Of a stretch of DNA of 64,000 nucleotides, positions 57,985 through 64,000 are shown one piece after another. The translations under genes and the position numbers were made by a program. Where the stretch lies: the IMG/VR virus record IMGVR_UViG_3300035208_006553, positions 32,001 to 96,000 of that record; one strand, 5' to 3'. The notes below the pieces were generated by a model, which saw only the letters and a list, made by a program, of their open reading frames with translations, ran no database searches and was not told where the DNA came from. The DNA comes from a virus. Lineage: Duplodnaviria > Caudoviricetes. Numbering within the stretch: position 1 is the stretch's first letter; the number at the start of each line of letters is the position of its first letter.

Positions 57985-59785
57985 ATGTTTTGTAATCATA
58001 AATACAGTAAGGTTGAAGGTAATTATCAATATTGTACAAAATGTGGAAAAGCAATTGCAGCACCTAAAGTAGAATGTAATCATAGTTGGGAGGAATACGG
58101 TGTATATGAAAAACATAGTGGAACAACAGGTTATCTTACAGGTTACATTATCGTTAATAAATGCAATAAATGCAGAACTTTTGAAAAATTTGAAATATCA
58201 GTATACAAGTAATTACATTTAAAATGCAATTATTTAATTAGGAGATAAAAATTATGTTTTTTAAGTCTATTACATTATCAAGTAAGCATTGGTCAGTTAA
58301 ATTATTAAAATATGTATTTCCAAGCCTTCCACGTTTTTATAATTTCTGCCCTCATTTTTGGTTAGCCAATCTTGCTTTAATCATACTTCCATTTTTGCTT
58401 TTATGGAAAGGCACAGTTTGGAGTTTTGTGAAGTTAGTAAAACCTCTTGTAAAATTATTATCTGAATGGTTTGATGAATGGGATAGTGTTCAACAAGAAA
58501 AACATGCAACTAAAGTATTAAGTACACTATCTAAAGAAGAGTTAAATATACTTGCCTATGCTTACGATTTGGGACTTTACAATTATCATCGTAAACGGCT
58601 AAACCGTTACTTTTTTGAAGATATAGATAAACGTGTAGCAAAACATCTTACAAAAGCTTTTAATATACTAATACGTTCTAGTATAGGCGTCACGTCTTTA
58701 AGACATGTAATAATCCAATCAAATTATAATTCTAATTCTATGGAAGAAATATATAATAAATATTTTAACGATAATAAAAAGACATACGTTCCTCCTAAAG
58801 AAATTATACATGTAAAAAAGAGATCTTGGTACCCGACAGCAATAAAGATATCTAAAGTATTAGTTAGTCTTCTTTGCATACCTGCATTGTATGCTATATA
58901 TAAATTAATTTATTTATTTGGTTTATTTATTGGATGGGTATGGTATTGGATAACGTATGCTTTTTATAATTGGGATTGGGCTGCAATAGGACAAGCAGCA
59001 TTATATATACTTATATTTGTAGCTACGCTTTTTATTATCAAATTCTTTAGTAAAAGATTTTCAGGCAGCTTAGTACTCACTGATTGGTTATGTAAAATAT
59101 TACTTAAAATTGGAAATATGTTTGTAATAATTGGAAGAGGTTTAGCTTGGATAGGTAGAGGAATTAGATCAGTTTTTTCATTTTTCTGGGAAGCAATTAA
59201 ATCATTCAAAGCTGATAACTGTCCTGAAATTATTTGGAAAGATTAAAATGGTAAAAGCAAAAAAAGAGACATACGAACTTAGATTAATTACATTTAAAAG
59301 AGGTTTACAACGGATGTTCTCTATTGTTGAAGTATATTTTAATAAAAAAAGACAGCCTGAATGCGGTGTTCTTGAACCTGTATTTTTGTGTCATCGTAAA
59401 TTACCCCAACTTAAAAATAAAGTTAGTACACTTATGGAAGTTTTTAATAAACCAATTCTAGATTTTGATAATAATTTAAAGACATACCGTGAGCAAAAAA
59501 GACGTAAAAAGAACGAGTGTGCTTGTAAATCCAGACCATATTAATTTAGTTATAGCAGCTTTACTTTTTAACGGTTCTGCAGATTTATGTGTTGCTTGGA
59601 AAGAAGAAGATTATATAAAACTGGTTGATATTGCTGAAGACATAATTAAAGTAGTCAGGTTAAACAGTAAAACAATTGATTTATCTTTTCTTAGTTTTTG
59701 CGGTTCAAAGTTTGACTACAATTTTGAAAATCCTAATATGGTAAAAAGAGTTAAAAAGTTAATTAAATTAGCAGAAGGAAAATAA
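57985..59785 (+). other. Hypothetical CDSs: 57985 (Cys/His-rich), 58254 (multi-pass membrane protein), 59248, 59489
   Basis: Packed ORFs; several TM segments in 58254-59246. Confidence 0.55.
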
Positions 59786-59786
59786 G

Positions 59787-60071
59787 ATGGACGGAACACC
59801 TTTAGAACAAGCATTAATGAATAAATTACAAGTTACAATTACTTACACAAAAGAAAAGACAGGTGAAGTAAAAATTCATACTGGAGGTATTACTAAGATA
59901 GGTGTAAACAAAGCCGGTAAACCCGCTCTTTGGCTATGGGATACTTCTCTTCAAGATAATATACGTCAAATGTTGTTATCAAATATAAATAGTTTTCAAG
60001 TTTTAGATACTCCATTTGTAGTACCTAATGGATGGCCTCTTGAATTAAACGGGCAGATAATTGGATATTAA
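59787..60071 (+). CDS. WYL-like domain protein
   Basis: VTITYTK..GE....LWLWD......RQMLLSNI.SFQVLD. Confidence 0.55.
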   Translation: MDGTPLEQALMNKLQVTITYTKEKTGEVKIHTGGITKIGVNKAGKPALWLWDTSLQDNIRQMLLSNINSFQVLDTPFVVPNGWPLELNGQIIGY

Positions 60072-60099
60072 ATAAATAAATTAAGATGGAAACAAGAAA

Positions 60100-60690
60100 T
60101 TGAGTAAAAATTATTGGATTATAGCAGATTCTCACTGGGGGCATTCTAATATAATTAATCTTTGTGATCGTCCTTTTCACGATGTTAAAATGATGAATGA
60201 TTATATGTTAATGAGATGGAATCAAGTAGTAAAAGAAAGAGATATTGTTTACCATTTAGGAGATATGTTTTGGACTGAAAAAACAGCTTTAGAAATATTA
60301 CCTCAATTGAAAGGAGAAATTCATTTAATACTAGGCAACCACGATAGAAATTGGAAAAGAGTATATAATAGGCTACAAAGAAGTCCATTAAATCCACTTT
60401 CAAATTTAATTATAGAAGAAAGAGATATTGTAACGATTTCGGAGCCAATTAAGGCCATACTTTGTCATTATCCTTTATTATCCTGGAATGGAGCTGCTCA
60501 TGGAGTGTTACATTTTGCAGGACACACTCACGAAAAGTGTAAGAGTGAAGGACAGAGAGTTAATATTTGTGTTGAAAATATTGATTATACACCTATAAAT
60601 TTAAATACATTAATTGGATACGAACAGCAAGTAAAAGATTACTATAATATTTTAGATCTAATTAAAGCTATACAGGAGAAAAATGGGTAA
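60100..60690 (+). CDS. Calcineurin-like metallophosphoesterase
   Basis: DSHWGH, HLGD, GNHD, CHYP, GHTH. Confidence 0.88.
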   Translation: MSKNYWIIADSHWGHSNIINLCDRPFHDVKMMNDYMLMRWNQVVKERDIVYHLGDMFWTEKTALEILPQLKGEIHLILGNHDRNWKRVYNRLQRSPLNPLSNLIIEERDIVTISEPIKAILCHYPLLSWNGAAHGVLHFAGHTHEKCKSEGQRVNICVENIDYTPINLNTLIGYEQQVKDYYNILDLIKAIQEKNG

Positions 60691-61039
60691 TAGACGAAAA
60701 CTTATTATTTATATAAGTGGAGCCTATTACGGGAATGATAATGGAAAGATTATTAAAAGTAATAGTCAACTTGCAAGAGAATGTGCTATAGAATTGTAGG
60801 AAAAGGGATTTACGGTTATTTGTCCTCATTTGAATACTTCTCATATGGAAAAAGATTGTAAAATTAGATATAAGGATTATGTAGAGGGAGATTGTGAAAT
60901 ACTTAAAAGATGTGATTGTGTGTTTATGCTTCCTAATTGGAAAAATTCAAGAGGATCTTGTTTAGAGAAAGAAGCTGTAGAGAGTGAAAAAATATACGTT
61001 GTTTATACAATGTAAGAATTAGAGGATTTGTATGTTTGA
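60683..61039 (+). pseudogene. DUF4406/nucleoside deoxyribosyltransferase-like gene with in-frame stops
   Basis: IYISG...L*EKGFTVICPHLN...CDCVFMLPNWKNSRGS..E; TAG 60797-60799 and possibly premature TAA 61013-61015. Confidence 0.7.
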
Positions 61040-61227
61040 ATATTTTGTAAGTTACCCACTTAATTATTTAAGTACAGTTCACAATGTTGTAAATGCTTTT
61101 ATAACTTTAGATTTTGAAGTAAGAACACATGGGGACGTTTTAAAATTAGAAGAGTTGTTAATAGAATAAAAGAGTGATTGTGTATCTGTAATTACTCTTA
61201 TTAGTTTTCAAAAATTAAAAGGTTAAA

Positions 61228-62673
61228 ATGAAAAAGGTGTTAATAATTGGACCTTCAGGTAATTCAAAAGAATACGAAGTCGACGGATTTGAATTAAGTT
61301 CAAGTAAATATGAGGGGTATGAATTAGTTTTAATACTGTTAAAAGAACAAGAAGAAGAAAATTTAGCTACTACAATACCTATTACTGCTACAGAAGTTAC
61401 ATTTGAACTTGTACCTCAACCTTCTAAAAAAGGTATTATTAATGATGTAAAGGAATCTTTTTCTGAACCTTTACGAAATCTAACTCAATCTGATATGTTA
61501 GTACAATTAAGAGAGAGTAGAGAGATTGTCTTTTTAGATTCAAAAGTTTCTTTAAACGTTACAGGCAAGGCTACAATAAGCACACTAAAATACAGTTTAG
61601 ACAGAGATGGTTTAAATGAAGCCATCCAAGAATTAATAGATAAAGAAAAAATTCTTACACAGACATACCAAATGCAAATACTAAAAGAAGCATTAGTTGT
61701 GTACAACGCAACAGAAGATAAATTTTATATAAGAGAAGAGGTTAATTGTGGACACACAGAAGTCACTAAAGTTTAGTGATATAGATATTCACTCAGATAT
61801 CGACAAGAAAGTTGAAGGTGAGGTAGATATAGTGAAAGAAGATTCAATAGAAAAGAAAGCAGATCTTTATCAAAGAGAATTGTTTACTATTATTCCGGAA
61901 GATCACGACCCTTCTTTAGGTATTTTTCCTGGCGATCAGCAATTATCTAATCGATACGTATTATTATGGAATAGTATAAAAACTATTACACCCTCAATCA
62001 TCGATAAAGGTTATAAAATACTTAAAATAAAAATAGCTTCAGAATCAATAATTACCAACGAGTTGCGAAATTTAGGAGGAGGAGTGTATGCTTTAAAATA
62101 CATATCTAATACTCTTCCTTTTGAAGAAGTTAAAAGTATAAATTATACAGAATAAAGGTGAATAGTAAATGAAAGTCAATAATCAACAGCGTAAATTAAT
62201 TAAGCAAAGAATGTTAGAAAAGGGTATACAAAATTGGTTATTTCAAGAAATAAAGAAACAAGACGTATTCCACGACTTTGCATCAAAGTTTTTTGAAACA
62301 TATGAAAGAACAAATTTTTCTATTGAAAATCCTAATTATATAATATCTAAATATAGTATTAATTAAAACAAGAGGTAAAGTGAAGATCACTGGTAATGTA
62401 GCTGATGTGGAACTTGTCAATCTTAAATTGAGCAATCTTAAAGGACAAGAAAGTAGGTGTAGTGAATGTTTAGAACCTTTTGATGTAGGAGATAAAATTA
62501 TTGTAATATCTGATGGAATAGTTAATTCTAATGGAGATATTGAACTGTCAGAGATAATGCATTTTGTAAAAACAAAAGCAATTAGAGACTTTTTAACTAG
62601 GTATATAGATTTACTTGAAAAATCTACAAATAAACCTACCGATGAAATTGTAAAAGTACAGCCAGATAACTAA
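61228..62673 (+). other. Four hypothetical CDSs (61228, 61748, 62169, 62380)
   Basis: Packed ORFs with RBS-like motifs. Confidence 0.55.
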
Positions 62674-62701
62674 ATATTTACAATATTCATTAAAAATATG
62701 A

Positions 62702-64000
62702 TTGAAATTGAGCAATCCTTTAAGCTACCAAGAGTTTCCAGAGAGTGTAAAGCAATTTGTATCTTACTGTTTTAAAGATTGTCTATCTAAGTATTCTTTG
62801 TTAGATAATAAATTACAAGCACTTTACATTTCATTTGAACCTCGTCCCTTACAATACCCAGATTATGTTAAAGCAGAGCTTATTTTACCTAACAAAATAG
62901 CTTATTTCGATAAAGGAAATATTAGGTGGGATGGTATTATGCATGAAATTACTCATTTAATTCAGTATCACCTAAACGGAAAAGAAGAAAATATACCCTA
63001 TCTTTCTAATTATAGCAAGGTTGCATCGTTTAATTTTGAGAATTATCAAAAAGATGAATCTGAAGTACATGCTTTTAAAATACAAGCAGCTTTTGTGGAA
63101 TATAGAAAACAAAGATTAAATTGGAATAGTATTAAAGTAAGTAATTCATCTTTAAATAATCAAACTACTTATTACATATATGATGCTAAAACTGGAATAT
63201 TTATAAAAGAAGTTTATAGTTTAGAAGAAATCAGTCAGTTATATGGAATTTCTCCAGCATTTTCTAAACGTGCTATTGAGAACAACTGGGCTATGAAAGG
63301 TGTTTATATTTTAGATGCAAGTAAGGAAAAAAAGAAAAGATTACGTATACCTAATCGCCAAGAAAGAGAATCAGAGATAAGAGGAGTAAAGATAATAGGA
63401 ACAAATCCCGAAACAGGAACTGAATATTCTTTTAATTCTGTAAGTGAAGCTGCAAGAGAATTACATATTAATAGACTTAGTATAATTCATGTATTAAAAG
63501 AAAGACAGGGTACTGCAGGGGGAATGAAGTGGAGGTATGCAGAGAATTCTAAAAAAGAAATAAACAAGAATCAATGGCTTAATAAAACATTTGTATTAAA
63601 TGATTCTACTAAATTAGAAGTAGTTGATGTGAACGATGCACAGGAACCTATTTTTGTGTTGCGAGATGTCAACACTAAAAAGTTATTTAGATATAATGAA
63701 AGTTCGTTAAGAGAAAATATTCTAAAAGGTATGTTAGTTGAAATTTCTCAAAATAAACTCTCTTGGCAAGTAGAGACTAACGAATTTTACGAATTAGAAA
63801 GATTACTCAATAATAAACATTACTCTTATCATTTAGAAGGAAATACATTTATTATTGATCATGGAGGAAATGTATATCTTTATTCTCTTACATCTCTACC
63901 AGATAACATACAATTTAATAACAGAGGATATGTAGATCTTGATTCTCTTACATCTTTACCTAATAACATACAATTTAATAATGAAGGAAATGTATATCTT
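62702..64000 (+). CDS. Multidomain protein truncated by the window end: HExxH zinc peptidase, NUMOD1-like HTH and LRR-like repeats (not in ORF track)
   Basis: Frame open from TTG 62702 to the end: MHEITHLIQ..SEVHA; FNSVSEAARELHI..TAGGMKWRY; KLSWQVETNEF followed by repeats. Confidence 0.75.
   Translation, partial: MKLSNPLSYQEFPESVKQFVSYCFKDCLSKYSLLDNKLQALYISFEPRPLQYPDYVKAELILPNKIAYFDKGNIRWDGIMHEITHLIQYHLNGKEENIPYLSNYSKVASFNFENYQKDESEVHAFKIQAAFVEYRKQRLNWNSIKVSNSSLNNQTTYYIYDAKTGIFIKEVYSLEEISQLYGISPAFSKRAIENNWAMKGVYILDASKEKKKRLRIPNRQERESEIRGVKIIGTNPETGTEYSFNSVSEAARELHINRLSIIHVLKERQGTAGGMKWRYAENSKKEINKNQWLNKTFVLNDSTKLEVVDVNDAQEPIFVLRDVNTKKLFRYNESSLRENILKGMLVEISQNKLSWQVETNEFYELERLLNNKHYSYHLEGNTFIIDHGGNVYLYSLTSLPDNIQFNNRGYVDLDSLTSLPNNIQFNNEGNVYL

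Noticed and set aside
289-61706. Minus-strand ORFs in the track (e.g. 12867, 14056, 32980, 33458, 46860, 51002)
   Set aside because: All shadow better-supported + strand genes and show no motifs
1-64000. Genome-wide stop-codon reassignment
   Set aside because: Long conserved genes are intact in the standard code, and TAA, TAG and TGA all end genes right before the next start
1-64000. Integron integrase, other recombinase or reverse transcriptase
   Set aside because: No ORF with tyrosine-recombinase (R..HxxR..Y) or RT (YxDD in context) motif sets was recognised; any such enzyme must be outside the window or host-encoded

Overview
A 64-kb segment of a large, very AT-rich tailed dsDNA phage genome read in the standard genetic code; essentially every credible gene is on the + strand. 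0.4-30 kb: replication, recombination and nucleotide module (DnaC-like loader, DnaB, primase split into two genes, UDG-fused family A polymerase, RecA, SSB-like protein, resolvase, exonuclease, dUTPase, SbcD plus a split SbcC, GroEL, a sigma factor), interleaved with a 7-deazaguanine DNA-modification pathway (FolE2, QueD, QueC, QueF, class II amidotransferase, DpdA/TGT-like protein, neighbouring GNAT and kinase). 38-49 kb: probable virion/packaging block (large acidic multidomain proteins with recurring linker motifs, holin-like gene, terminase). 51-54 kb: J-domain/kinase-like + vWA + PurA-like triad. The most striking signal lies in two more GC-rich accessory regions (about 31.5-36.5 kb and 55.7-57.4 kb). 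These are arrays of integron attC-like hairpins lying antisense to the genes. The hairpin loops (sites of about 120-285 bp) contain the RBS and 5' end, or all, of the gene, the recombination core often doubles as the stop codon, and the two ends of each unit are complementary as expected for mobile cassettes. One unit carries two tRNA-Ser genes, and an exact 288-bp copy of a promoter region is inserted in the first array. No integrase is visible in the window. All protein calls come from motif recognition by eye, not database searches.
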